Assembly: GCA_950097015.1 (NCBI GenBank) | Contig: CATNEN010000025.1 | Location: 8,184,001-8,248,000 of the forward strand | DNA: 64,000 bases | DNA from: Macrostomum hystrix | Lineage: Eukaryota > Animalia > Platyhelminthes | Direction of reading: 5' to 3' | Shown: piece by piece, positions 45,219-57,404 of the stretch | How positions within the stretch are numbered: position 1 is the first letter of the stretch | Layout of the letters: each line of letters starts with the position of its first letter | Made by a program: the position numbers and the translations under genes | Notes under the pieces: model-generated | Database searches by the model: none | What the model was told of the DNA's origin: nothing | The model's input: only the letters and a program-made list of their open reading frames with translations

Positions 45219-45634
45219 GAATTCCATGTGTGTATTCTAATTCCGTTATGAATATCTGATAAGAAGAAAAAAAGTAAGAAAAGTTGATTTTGCAAAGCGG
45301 ATCTGTACCAAAACTACAATTGCACAGCAGTATGATAATAGCGGAATTTAGCAGAACAATGGCGGGTAAGTTTGAATGAAAGACAACAGACACAGCAGAG
45401 CCTCCTGTGCATTCCACAGCAGCAGACACTGAGGTTGAGCATACTCAAGCAACGGGACTGTTAAATCGGATCGATGAAACCGCCAACAGAGCTCTGATTG
45501 ACAGGTGAAAAGAGACTATGGGATTAGTGGAGAGAGAGCCTGTTTGAGAGGGCTGGAAGGGGGTGCCTCCGTAAGCAGCTTGGAAACTCTATTAGTCTCC
45601 AAGTGGTCTTTCCACCTGCGCGGGTTGGGCTCTT

Positions 45635-45675
<41 letters not shown>

Positions 45676-45780
45676 TAGCACAAAAACGTCACACATCTCT
45701 TTCTACCCCCCCTCTCAGTGAATATTTTAACGAGGTTAGCTTGTTGGTTTCATAGTCACCGTTTTGCCACATAGAGCGGG

Positions 45781-45822
<42 letters not shown>

Positions 45823-46394
45823 GCTTTGAAATATTCATTCATCCGCATTCATCGCACGAGTTGAGGTTTTGAGGAAGAAAATGAGAGAATGGGATAGAGA
45901 GAGAGAGTAGAGAGGGAGGGAGTTATGGCACTGCATGGATGCGATTTTGTCCGAGACTGAACTAAAATGAGGAATTGAATAATAATCCAGGCAAAAGCCA
46001 TCCCGCAACACCCGGTTGGAGCACTCTGTTACATATGACCTCTGTGCCCAGCTATCGTGTGCATTCTGTATAGAATTTTGCTAATTAAATCCAACTAACA
46101 GACTGAATACAGACGGAAAGGCATTATTAGTTGTAATATTTCAGTAGGAAAGATTTCATTTTATATAATTTTTAGTTCTCTCAGTTGTACCAGCATCAGC
46201 TGGGGTAGAAATTGGGTGTCTGGCGGCCTCCACAGTCCATGGACTGAGCCGCCGGTACAGTCCGCTGGACCTTGGGCTGAGCCACTGTGTTGCTACGAGA
46301 ATGATGAATAATGTTGAATAGCAGAAAATGGAAAATTAGGCTTACATAATGCTATCACATAAAATAGAGATAACTAGAGACAAATAAAAGCAGA

Positions 46395-46610
46395 AGGGGA
46401 GAGAGAGAGTTGCGACAGAGAGATGAGGAGAGAGAAAGAGAACAGGGGAGAGAGAGGGGAGAGAGAAGGGGGAAGAGAATGGGAGGGTAAGAATAATAAG
46501 GCCAAGAGAGAAGGGGGAGAGAGAAGGGGGAGAGAGAAGGGGGAGAGAGAAGGGGGAGAGAGAAGGGGGGAAAGAGGGAGAGTGAGAGCGGGAGAGAGGA
46601 GAGAGGACAC
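46395..46610. repeat. GA-rich simple repeat (gagagaagggg)
   Basis: Purine-only tract. Confidence 0.9.
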
Positions 46611-46756
46611 TGCCCATTGAATTTCAAAAATCTAATGTTGGAATCGATTCCGATATGTATCGAAAAAATTGAAATCTGGATTCGAACCAAGGCAACTCCA
46701 GACGCGTTTCGCTCTTATTGGAGCTCATCAGTAGAGTCTAGCCTAGCGCTCTAGCC

Positions 46757-47126
46757 GGGGGGTCGGTGGCAGAGCGGTTATCGCGCTTGACACTCGCACC
46801 AAGGTCCCTAAGTTCGATTCCACGGCGAGGCCACATTTATGTGGGGCGCAGCCTCGGAGAGAAGGCTTGGTGGCTTGTGCAATTTACGCCCTTGAGGGCC
46901 AACCTCCAAGGCACAGTGAGAGTGTACACTGCCTGACGATGAGAAAGTCAGGGCAGATGTACACACCTGTGTGAGTGTATGCCTGCGTACAGTATCTGTG
47001 TGCGCGTGTGCTCAGGAGTCAGCGAAATGGGCAGAATTGCCTCCTCGCTGGCTGCGGGTCTAGTGTCACCAAATGATGTGCCATTGCTCGCAGCCCTCCT
47101 GCAATTATTATTATTATTATTATTAT
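46757..47126 (+). mobile_element. Full-length tRNA-derived SINE (family A) with 13-bp TSD and (ATT)n tail
   Basis: A-box TGGCAGAGCGG, B-box AGTTCGATTCC, (ATT)n tail, and flanking direct repeat tagcgctctagcc at 46744-46756 and 47127-47139. The body is shared with five other loci. Confidence 0.9.
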
Positions 47127-47174
47127 TAGCGCTCTAGCCATTAGGCTATAGGCGCTTGTTCAAATCCAGCTTTC

Positions 47175-47470
47175 AACCTCAACAGAGAGAGGGGAGAGAG
47201 AGGGGAGAGAGAAGGGGGAAAGAGAATGGGGAGAGAGAGAAGGGGAAGAGAGAGAAGGGGGAGAGAGATGGGGGAGAGAGAGAAGGGGAGAGAGAGAAGT
47301 GAGCGAGGCAGAAGGGAGAGAGAGGGGGGAGAGAAGGTAAGGAGAGAGAGAAGGGGAGAGAGAGAAGTGAGTGAGGCAGAAGGGAGAGAGAGAGGGGGAG
47401 AGAAGGTAAGGAGAGAAGGGGGAGAGATTGGGGGGAAGAGGGGAGAGTTTGAGGAGAGAGAGAGAAATAG
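47175..47470. repeat. GA-rich simple repeat (gagagaagggg)
   Basis: Purine-rich tract, same strand as 46395-46610. Confidence 0.9.
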
Positions 47471-47879
47471 AAAAGAGAGTGTTAGATGGACAGACAAACC
47501 TTAAAAAGATGCAGAAAGAAACATTGCCAGTGTGGAAATTGGTAAATGCAATTGTGAATGGAAAATGCTGAACACTGAACAGAAGAAGCCACGATGAGCA
47601 AATTCTGTTCAACTTTCGCAGCAAATATTGCTGAAAAAAACTGCAGCACGGATGAAAAATAAGAATCTAGCAGAATAAGAATCGACTCTGCTATGGCACA
47701 CTGGGACTAGCTACATGTGACGGGTGAAGTGTCTGTCAATTGGCCCAAACTCCTCCAGTCCCGCTTCCCAAAAACTCGTGGGTCCAAATTGCCGCAAACA
47801 GCCCAGGATAAATAAATTATTGTGGAATTTTTTTCGGTAATTGGCTATCTGGCGTCCAACTCGCCAAGCCTGCTCATTT

Positions 47880-47981
47880 ATTCTTCCCATCGCCTGGGAC
47901 GCGAAGCCATCATGGGAATCGAACTCAAAAGGAACCCGACCCTCTGTCGTCACCTCGACGCCGCTCTCCAGTTAGCCCCCC
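47880..47981 (-). mobile_element. Second tRNA-like Pol III head (different SINE family or pseudo-tRNA)
   Basis: GGGGGG start, A-box-like TGGAGAGCGG (47961-47970), B-box GAGTTCGATTCCC (47914-47926); the body does not match family A. Confidence 0.45.
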
Positions 47982-48475
47982 GACTGAACTTGTAAAATCC
48001 TATTTCGATTATTTTTCGTACAGTTTTACGACTCCCAATTAGCATATTATCATTACAGTGGGACATAAAAGTGGTAAAAATGCTAATTAAGGCTAGCGCC
48101 AATTACAATGCAATGCGCCAATAAACAGATTTTAGTTCGTTCAAACTGTTAAATGTGTTATAAGCTGTGCATTTGGTGACTCAAATGCTTGCTAGACTTA
48201 TACACCATTAGTTGAGAAGTATTTTCGAGACTCTGCTATCAGTTTTCTGTGCCAGTGTATGTGTCTATATGTTTCTATGCGCTCTATTTTGCACTTATTT
48301 AGCTGCACAGTGTGTCGTCTTGAGACTGGCGCGCCCTCTTATCACTGCGTGCTGAGTAAGGTGAACTGATAATGCTTTCAATAGCATGGTCTGTGCCCCG
48401 ACTCACACTAGGTGAAGAGGTGGGACAGAAGGTAGGATAATGAGGCATAGAGAGGGAGAGAGAAGGGATGGAGGG

Positions 48476-48815
48476 ATAATAATAGTAATAGCTGCTGGAG
48501 GGCTGCGGGCAAAGGCACAGCATTTGGTGACACTAGACCCGCAGCCAGCGAGGAGTCAATTCTGCCCATTTCGCTGACTCCTGAGCACACACGCACTCGG
48601 ATACTGTACGTCTCACAACTCACAAAGGTGTGTACCCTGACTTTCTAATCGTCAGGCAGTGTGCCTTGGAGGTTGACCCGAAAGGACTTGAATTGCTCGA
48701 CAAGCCACCAAGCCTTCTCTCCGCGGCTGCGCCCCAAATGACTGTGGCCTCGACGCGGAATCGAGCCTTGGTACGAGAGGCAAACACGCTAGACCGCTCT
48801 GCCACTGACCCCCCC
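48476..48815 (-). mobile_element. SINE family A, near full-length copy with internal deletions
   Basis: Reverse complement gives gggggggtcagtggcagagcggtctag...gctcgattcc...ctcaggagtcagcgaaatgggcagaatt...gcccgcagccctcc plus an ATT-like tail. Confidence 0.87.
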
Positions 48816-49184
48816 TGATGGAGACATGGAAATGGAGAAACGGAGGAAGAAGGATAAAGGTGATAGAGATAAAAAAATGATGATATCTATGAAATCAAAA
48901 TGAAAACCTAGCAAGAACTTGATCCTCCGTGAAATTAAGCATATTAGAAATGTACCGACAAAACCCAGCTTTAGAAACCTTTTTCCTGCAGCAAAAATTT
49001 GTTCAAACCGAAATTCTTTGTTTGTTGTTTACAACAATTTGTCATTATCTAGTGTCCGCAAATGAAAGCCAACAATTAGAATTTCATATGGTTCATTTCA
49101 GGTACAAAACTATTTGATAGCTAAATTTGATATGCACTTTGATGTTTGCCGCTATGCAGATTTAATTGGGACTGCGGATATTCT

Positions 49185-52100
49185 ATCTGGTGTGTCTCTT
49201 CAACTCTGTCTGATGTGTCTCTTCAATTCTGTCTGATGTGTCTCTTCAATTCTGTCTGATGTGTCTCTTCAATTCTGTCTGATGTGTCTCTTCAATTCTG
49301 TCTGATGTGTCTCTTCAATTCTGTCTGATGTGTCTCTTCAATTCTGTCTGATGTGTCTCTTCAATTCTGTCTGGTGTGTCTCTTCTATTCTGTCTGGTGT
49401 GTCTCTTCAATTCTGTCTGATGTGTCTCTTCAACTCTGTCTGATGTGTCTCTTCTATTCTGTCTGATGTGTCTCTTCAATTCTGTCTGGTGTGTCTCTTC
49501 AATTCTGTCTGATGTGTCTCTTCAACTCTGTCTGATGTGTCTCTTCAATTCTGTCTGGTGTGTCTCTTCAATTCTGTCTGGTGTGTCTCTTCAATTCTGT
49601 CTGGTGTGTCTCTTCAATTCTGTCTGATGTGTCTCTTCAATTCTATCTGGTGTGTCTCTTCAACTCTGTCTGATGTGTCTCTTCAACTCTGTCTGATGTG
49701 TCTCTTCAATTCTGTCTGGTGTGTCTCTTCAATTCTGTCTGATGTGTCTCTTCAATTCTGTCTGGTGTGTCTCTTCAATTCTGTCTGGTGTGTCTCTTCA
49801 ATTCTGTCTGATGTGTCTCTTCAATTCTGTCTGATGTGTCTCTTCAATTCTGTCTGGTGTGTCTCTTCAATTCTGTCTGATGTGTCTCTTCAATTCTGTC
49901 TGGTGTGTCTCTTCAATTCTGTCTGATGTGTCTCTTCAATTCTGTCTGGTGTGTCTCTTCAATTCTGTCTGATGTGTCTCTTCAACTCTGTCTGGTGTGT
50001 CTCTTCAATTCTGTCTGGTGTGTCTCTTCAATTCTGTCTGATGTGTCTCTTCAATTCTGTCTGATGTGTCTCTTCAATTCTGTCTGGTGTGTCTCTTCAA
50101 TTCTGTCTGATGTGTCTCTTCAATTCTGTCTGGTGTGTCTCTTCAATTCTGTCTGGTGTGTCTCTTCAATTCTGTCTGATGTGTCTCTTCAATTCTGTCT
50201 GGTGTGTCTCTTCAATTCTGTCTGATGTGTCTCTTCAATTCTGTCTGGTGTGTCTCTTCAATTCTGTCTGATGTGTCTCTTCAATTCTGTCTGGTGTGTC
50301 TCTTCAATTCTGTCTGGTGTGTCTCTTCAATTCTGTCTGGTGTGTCTCTTCAATTCTGTCTGATGTGTCTCTTCAATTCTGTCTGGTGTGTCTCTTCAAT
50401 TCTGTCTGGTGTGTCTCTTCAATTCTGTCTGATGTGTCTCTTCAATTCTGTCTGGTGTGTCTCTTCAATTCTGTCTGATGTGTCTCTTCAACTCTATCTG
50501 ATGTGTCTCTTCAATTCTGTCTGATGTGTCTCTTCAACTCTGTCTGGTGTGTCTCTTCAATTCTGTCTGATGTGTCTCTTCAATTCTGTCTGGTGTGTCT
50601 CTTCAATTCTGTCTGTTGTGTCTCTTCAATTCTGTCTGATGTGTCTCTTCAATTCTGTCTGGTGTGTCTCTTCAACTCTGTCTGATGTGTCTCTTCAATT
50701 CTATCTGGTGTGTCTCTTCAACTCTGTCTGATGTGTCTCTTCAATTCTGTCTGATGTGTCTCTTCAATTCTGTCTGATGTGTCCTCTTCAATTCTGTCTG
50801 GTGTGTCTCTTCAATTCTGTCTGGTGTGTCTCTTCAATTCTGTCTGATGTGTCTCTTCAATTCTGTCTGGTGTGTCTCTTCAATTCTGTCTGGTGTGTCT
50901 CTTCAATTCTATCTGGTGTGTCTCTTCAACTCTGTCTGATGTGTCTCTTCAATTCTGTCTGATGTGTCTCTTCAACTCTGTCTGATGTGTCTCTTCAACT
51001 CTGTCTGGTGTGTCTCTTCTATTCTGTCTGGTGTGTCTCTTCAATTCTGTCTGATGTGTCTCTTCAACTCTGTCTGATGTGTCTCTTCTATTCTGTCTGA
51101 TGTGTCTCTTCAATTCTGTCTGGTGTGTCTCTTCAATTCTGTCTGATGTGTCTCTTCAACTCTGTCTGATGTGTCTCTTCAATTCTGTCTGGTGTGTCTC
51201 TTCAATTCTGTCTGGTGTGTCTCTTCATTCTGTCTGGTGTGTCCTCTTCAATTCTGTCTGATGTGTCTCTTCAATTCTGTCTGGTGTGTCTCTTCAATTC
51301 TGTCTGGTGTGTCTCTTCAATTCTGTCTGGTGTGTCTCTTCAATTCTGTCTGATGTGTCTCTTCAATTCTGTCTGGTGTGTCTCTTCAATTCTGTCTGAT
51401 GTGTCTCTTCAATTCTGTCTGATGTGTCTCTTCAATTCTGTCTGGTGTGTCTCTTCAATTCTGTCTGATGTGTCTCTTCAACTCTGTCTGATGTGTCTCT
51501 TCAATTCTGTCTGGTGTGTCTCTTCAATTCTGTCTGGTGTGTCTCTTCAATTCTGTCTGGTGTGTCTCTTCAATTCTATCTGGTGTGTCTCTTCAACTCT
51601 GTCTGATGTGTCTCTTCAATTCTGTCTGATGTGTCTCTTCAATTCTGTCTGATGTGTCCTCTTCAATTCTGTCTGGTGTGTCTCTTCTATTCTGTCTGGT
51701 GTGTCTCTTCAATTCTGTCTGATGTGTCTCTTCAACTCTGTCTGATGTGTCTCTTCTATTCTGTCTGATGTGTCTCTTCAATTCTGTCTGGTGTGTCTCT
51801 TCAATTCTGTCTGATGTGTCTCTTCAATTCTGTCTGATGTGTCTCTTCAACTCTGTCTGATGTGTCTCTTCAACTCTGTCTGATGTGTCTCTTCAATTCT
51901 GTCTGATGTGTCTCTTCAATTCTGTCTGATGTGTCTCTTCAATTCTGTCTGGTGTGTCTCTTCAATTCTGTCTGGTGTGTCTCTTCAATTCTATCTGGTG
52001 TGTCTCTTCAACTCTGTCTGATGTGTCTCTTCAATTCTGTCTGATGTGTCTCTTCAATTCTGTCTGATGTGTCTCTTCAATTCTGTCTGGTGTGTCCTCT

Positions 52101-55100
52101 TCTATTCTGTCTGGTGTGTCTCTTCAATTCTGTCTGATGTGTCTCTTCAACTCTGTCTGATGTGTCTCTTCTATTCTGTCTGATGTGTACTCTTCAATTC
52201 TGTCTGGTGTGTCTCTTCAATTCTGTCTGATGTGTCTCTCAACTCTGTCTGATGTGTCTCTTCAATTCTGTCTGGTGTGTCTCTTCAATTCTGTCTGGTG
52301 TGTCTCTTCAATTCTGTCTGGTGTGTCTCTTCAATTCTGTCTGATGTGTCTCTTCAATTCTATCTGGTGTGTCTCTTCAACTCTGTCTGGTGTGTCTCTT
52401 CAATTCTGTCTGATGTGTCTCTTCAACTCTGTCTGATGTGTCTCTTCAATTCTGTCTGATGTGTCTCTTCAATTCTGTCTGATGTGTCTCTTCAATTCTG
52501 TCTGGTGTGTCTCTTCAATTCTGTCTGGTGTGTCTCTTCAATTCTGTCTGATGTGTCTCTTCAATTCTGTCTGGTGTGTCTCTTCAATTCTGTCTGATGT
52601 GTCTCTTCAACTCTATCTGATGTGTCTCTTCAATTCTGTCTGATGTGTCTCTTCAACTCTGTCTGGTGTGTCTCTTCAATTCTGTCTGATGTGTCTCTTC
52701 AATTCTGTCTGGTGTGTCTCTTCAATTCTGTCTGTTGTGTCTCTTCAATTCTGTCTGATGTGTCTCTTCAATTCTGTCTGGTGTGTCTCTTCAACTCTGT
52801 CTGATGTGTCTCTTCAATTCTATCTGGTGTGTCTCTTCAACTCTGTCTGATGTGTCTCTTCAATTCTGTCTGATGTGTCTCTTCAATTCTGTCTGATGTG
52901 TCTCTTCAATTCTGTCTGGTGTGTCTCTTCAATTCTGTCTGGTGTGTCTCTTCAATTCTGTCTGATGTGTCTCTTCAATTCTGTCTGGTGTGTCTCTTCA
53001 ATTCTGTCTGGTGTGTCTCTTCAATTCTATCTGGTGTGTCTCTTCAACTCTGTCTGATGTGTCTCTTCAATTCTGTCTGATGTGTCTCTTCAATTCTGTC
53101 TGATGTGTCTCTTCAATTCTGTCTGGTGTGTCTCTTCATATTCTGTCTGGTGTGTCTCTTCAATTCTGTCTGATGTGTCTCTTCACTCTGTCTGATGTGT
53201 CTCTTCTATTCTGTCTGATGTGTCTCTTCAATTCTGTCTGGTGTGTCTCTTCAATTCTGTCTGATGTGTCTCTTCAACTCTGTCTGATGTGTCTCTTCAA
53301 TTCTGTCTGGTGTGTCTCTTCAATTCTGTCTGGTGTGTCTCTTCAATTCTGTCTGGTGTGTCTCTTCAATTCTGTCTGATGTGTCTCTTCAATTCTGTCT
53401 GGTGTGTCTCTTCAATTCTGTCTGGTGTGTCTCTTCAATTCTGTCTGGTGTGTCTCTTCAATTCTGTCTGATGTGTCTCTTCAATTCTGTCTGGTGTGTC
53501 CTCTTCAATTCTGTCTGATGTGTCTCTTCAATTCTGTCTGATGTGTCTCTTCAATTCTGTCTGGTGTGTCTCTTCAATTCTGTCTGATGTGTCTCTTCAA
53601 CTCTGTCTGATGTGTCTCTTCAATTCTGTCTGGTGTGTCTCTTCAATTCTGTCTGGTGTGTCTCTTCAATTCTGTCTGGTGTGTCTCTTCAATTCTATCT
53701 GGTGTGTCTCTTCAACTCTGTCTGATGTGTCTCTTCAATTCTGTCTGATGTGTCTCTTCAATTCTGTCTGATGTGTCTCTTCAATTCTGTCTGGTGTGTC
53801 TCTTCTATTCTGTCTGGTGTGTCTCTTCAATTCTGTCTGATGTGTCTCTTCAACTCTGTCTGATGTGTCTCTTCTATTCTGTCTGATGTGTCTCTTCAAT
53901 TCTGTCTGGTGTGTCTCTTCAATTCTGTCTGATGTGTCTCTTCAATTCTGTCTGATGTGTCTCTTCAACTCTGTCTGATGTGTCTCTTCAACTCTGTCTG
54001 ATGTGTCTCTTCAATTCTGTCTGATGTGTCTCTTCAATTCTGTCTGATGTGTCTCTTCAATTCTGTCTGGTGTGTCTCTTCAATTCTGTCTGGTGTGTCT
54101 CTTCAATTCTATCTGGTGTGTCTCTTCAACTCTGTCTGATGTGTCTCTTCAATTCTGTCTGATGTGTCTCTTCAATTCTGTCTGATGTGTCTCTTCAATT
54201 CTGTCTGGTGTGTCTCTTCTATTCTGTCTGGTGTGTCTCTTCAATTCTGTCTGATGTGTCTCTTCAACTCTGTCTGATGTGTCTCTTCTATTCTGTCTGA
54301 TGTGTCTCTTCAATTCTGTCTGGTGTGTCTCTTCAATTCTGTCTGATGTGTCTCTTCAACTCTGTCTGATGTGTCTCTTCAATTCTGTCTGGTGTGTCTC
54401 TTCAATTCTGTCTGGTGTGTCTCTTCAATTCTGTCTGGTGTGTCTCTTCAATTCTGTCTGATGTGTCTCTTCAATTCTGTCTGGTGTGTCTCTTCAATTC
54501 TGTCTGATGTGTCTCTTCAATTCTGTCTGATGTGTCTCTTCAATTCTGTCTGGTGTGTCTCTTCAATTCTGTCTGATGTGTCTCTTCAATTCTGTCTGGT
54601 GTGTCTCTTCAACTTCTGTCTGATGTGTCTCTTCAATTCTGTCTGATGTGTCTCTTCAATTCTGTCTGATGTGTCTCTTCAACTCTGTCTGATGTGTCTC
54701 TTCAATTCTGTCTGGTGTGTCTCTTCAATTCTGTCTGATGTGTCTCTTCAACTCTGTCTGATGTGTCTCTTCAATTCTGTCTGGTGTGTCTCTTCAATTC
54801 TGTCTGATGTGTCTCTTCAATTCTGTCTGATGTGTCTCTTCAATTCTGTCTGGTGTGTCTCTTCAATTCTGTCTGATGTGTCTCTTCAACTCTGTCTGAT
54901 GTGTCTCTTCAATTCTGTCTGGTGTGTCTCTTCAATTCTGTCTGATGTGTCTCTTCAATTCTATCTGGTGTGTCTCTTCAATTCTGTCTGATGTGTCTCT
55001 TCAACTCTATCTGATGTGTCTCTTCAATTCTGTCTGATGTGTCTCTTCAACTCTGTCTGGTGTGTCTCTTCAATTCTGTCTGATGTGTCTCTTCAATTCT

Positions 55101-55440
55101 GTCTGGTGTGTCTCTTCAATTCTGTCTGTTGTGTCTCTTCAATTCTGTCTGATGTGTCTCTTCAATTCTGTCTGGTGTGTCTCTTCAACTCTGTCTGATG
55201 TGTCTCTTCAATTCTGTCTGGTGTGTCTCTTCAATTCTGTCTGGTGTGTCTCTTCAATTCTGTCTGGTGTGTCTCTTCAATTCTGTCTGGTGTGTCTCTT
55301 CAATTCTGTCTGGTGTGTCTCTTCAATTCTGTCTGGTGTGTCTCTTCAACTCGGTCTGGTGTGTCTCTTCAATTCTGTCTGGTGTGTCTCTTCAATTCTG
55401 TCTGGTGTGTCTCTTCAACTCGGTCTGGTGTGTCTCTTTC
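49185..55440. repeat. 23-nt satellite (tgtgtctcttcaattctgtctg[a/g]), 6.2 kb
   Basis: About 270 copies with binary variants (ga/gg, att/act) and large internal duplications. Confidence 0.97.
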
Positions 55441-56303
55441 TCATAATGATCTTTGTATCGAGTATTCAGTTAGTAAAAAATATATAGTGATCGCAAACTG
55501 TGATAAGCCTAACATGAAGTAGCAAAACAGTTAGAAGCTTTCGGCTCTTCGCGAGGCATTCCCAGAATGCTTCACTGAATGCTACAATACTACTCGTAAT
55601 TTGCTGTTTGTTTAGTGTGTAAACAATAGTACATTAACTGTCAAACTTATTAGCGTCTGAGTAAACTCACACAACATAAAACACAAAAATATTGATTAAA
55701 TACGAGCAAATAGAAAAAAACAAACGCAGTTTGATCAAAAGCTCTTTCTTGTTAGATTCTTTGCTTTGCAAAAATAAGACTTGGATTTCCTCTTGACTTG
55801 AATTTCACAGTCTTATCAGCCAATAGCGTTACGGCTAAATTTCTATTGGTCGGCTAGTTAGAAGAGCTTCTAGTATTCTAGGGTCCAGATCTTCACCCCT
55901 GCCTCCCACCCCACTCCCTACACCCCACACCCCACCACCCCAAGGCCACAAAATAAGCAGTTTGGTTTGCTTTGAAGTAACGTTTCAGACGGCAGCTGTT
56001 TGACACTATAGAATATAGATACCCCTTAATCGGCTGCCCTCCTGCTCTTAACTTCAAATCAGATAAATAGAGGACCGCACGTCTGCAAGATTCAGCTAAA
56101 ATAAAGCATTCTGGTCGAGTCAGCTAGCTATATTTAGTCAGAGCGTTGACTAAAAAGAAAATAAAGTCTGTCTGCTTCCGAGATGCGCCGGATTTTCAAA
56201 TAAGCGGCGTTTAAGCTATAATCCTAGATAGCTGGAAGCATTGACCTAGCAACAGCAACGTGACTTATCTAGCCTGAATTCCTTTGTTTCTTCTGCTTTG
56301 CAG

Positions 56304-56365
56304 CTTTCATCGATCATAGCGACAGGAAAAAATCGCTTTATTTATACTAAATAAACTGCAGATTG
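56304..56365 (+). other. Putative non-coding (5' UTR) exon, probably of the LRR-Ig gene
   Basis: Strong acceptor gtttcttctgctttgcag| and donor attg|gtaagc bracket 62 nt; the next acceptor cattctag| lies about 35 nt before the LRR-Ig ATG. Confidence 0.4.
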
Positions 56366-57404
56366 GTAAGCTTACTATTTTTAGTATGTTTCCTAACTAA
56401 CTAAACCTTACTTTAATAATAGTAGCTAGAACTCTTAAAAAGTCAAAGTGACCAATCAGTTGAGTTGCAAGCCAAATGGTCCTGGACTGCTACGACCTCG
56501 CGTGAGCACTCAGAACATCCTAGAGAGAGTCGACCTTTTAATTAAAATTGAAATCAACCCCCTACTAGCCCATAGCCCTCCTAGCCTCGACTAGACATCC
56601 CCGGGATCTGGGATTTTAGTTGGACGCCCCACTTAAAAAACCAAACTCGATAGAGTAGAGACCATCAGAGGCTTGAAGACTAAGAGAGAAGCAATTTTCT
56701 ACCAAGATCGTGTTGTTGACTTCGAATTAAAGAATGGAAAGAGGTCGACTGCTCCTTAAATAAGAAAGAATTAGTTAAATCTAGCTTATATTTGGGTCGT
56801 TACTTGATAATCGTTACTCGTTACTCGTACAATAGTACATTAATTTTTGTTTATATCTCTACTTATTTTTCTAAATCGGTCCTAAACAAAAATGCCGAGT
56901 GTCCCACAGCCGAAGCTTTCACTTCTAAGTGAGCTTTGTTTTCTAACTTCTCTCGGAATTTGGAATCGTTAAATGAAACAAAGACCCTTCACTAGCGCCA
57001 GTCGGAAGTTGTTAAAATGGAAACCGAGGCGGCATTTAGTCCCGCCCCATAGATTTAATATTTAATTTCTTCGTAGTGTTAGCTACTTCGCTCTCTACCA
57101 AACAACCTACATAACAACCAAATAGTGGAGAGAGGCTTAAATGCGTGTCCGAAGGATCAAATCCATTGCTCTATGGTCATACTTTTGGCCATAGACAACT
57201 TGAAAATCGGCCTGAAACACTTGGATTTTGCCACTGTGGTGGATTAAATCGAATGCTCGAAGGATCAAATGGTCTGCAAAAAGCTTTATTTAGTATTTAG
57301 TATCTGTGGTTGTAGCCTAGTAGTTTGAGCGTGCTTAGGACTTACGACTTGAAGGTCGGGGGTTAGATTCCTGAACAATGGAACTGGAACAATTTGTGTC
57401 CTCT

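Noticed and set aside
46757-46835. tRNA gene
   Set aside because: A and B boxes are present but there is no closing acceptor stem or clean anticodon arm; it continues into a repeated body with tail and TSD, so it is a SINE head.
46930-46950. Hammerhead-like CTGACGA...GAAA in the SINE body
   Set aside because: Only 3 nt separate CUGANGA from GAAA, with no stem II G-C pair, and CTGAC is sequestered in a hairpin with GTCAG.
50756-54620. Single-base indels interrupting the 23-mer array (e.g. gtcctc, cttcattc, caacttc)
   Set aside because: Sporadic 1-nt indels in a long homogeneous array are as expected from long-read consensus error; not interpretable without raw reads.
49445-55522. Dozens of Cys/Leu/Ser ORFs
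   Set aside because: All are translations of the 23-nt satellite; the same applies to ORFs at 2.2-2.8, 8.3-9.0, 16.0-17.2, 20.8-21.4, 28.2-30.0, 57.4-57.9 and 59.5-60.3 kb.
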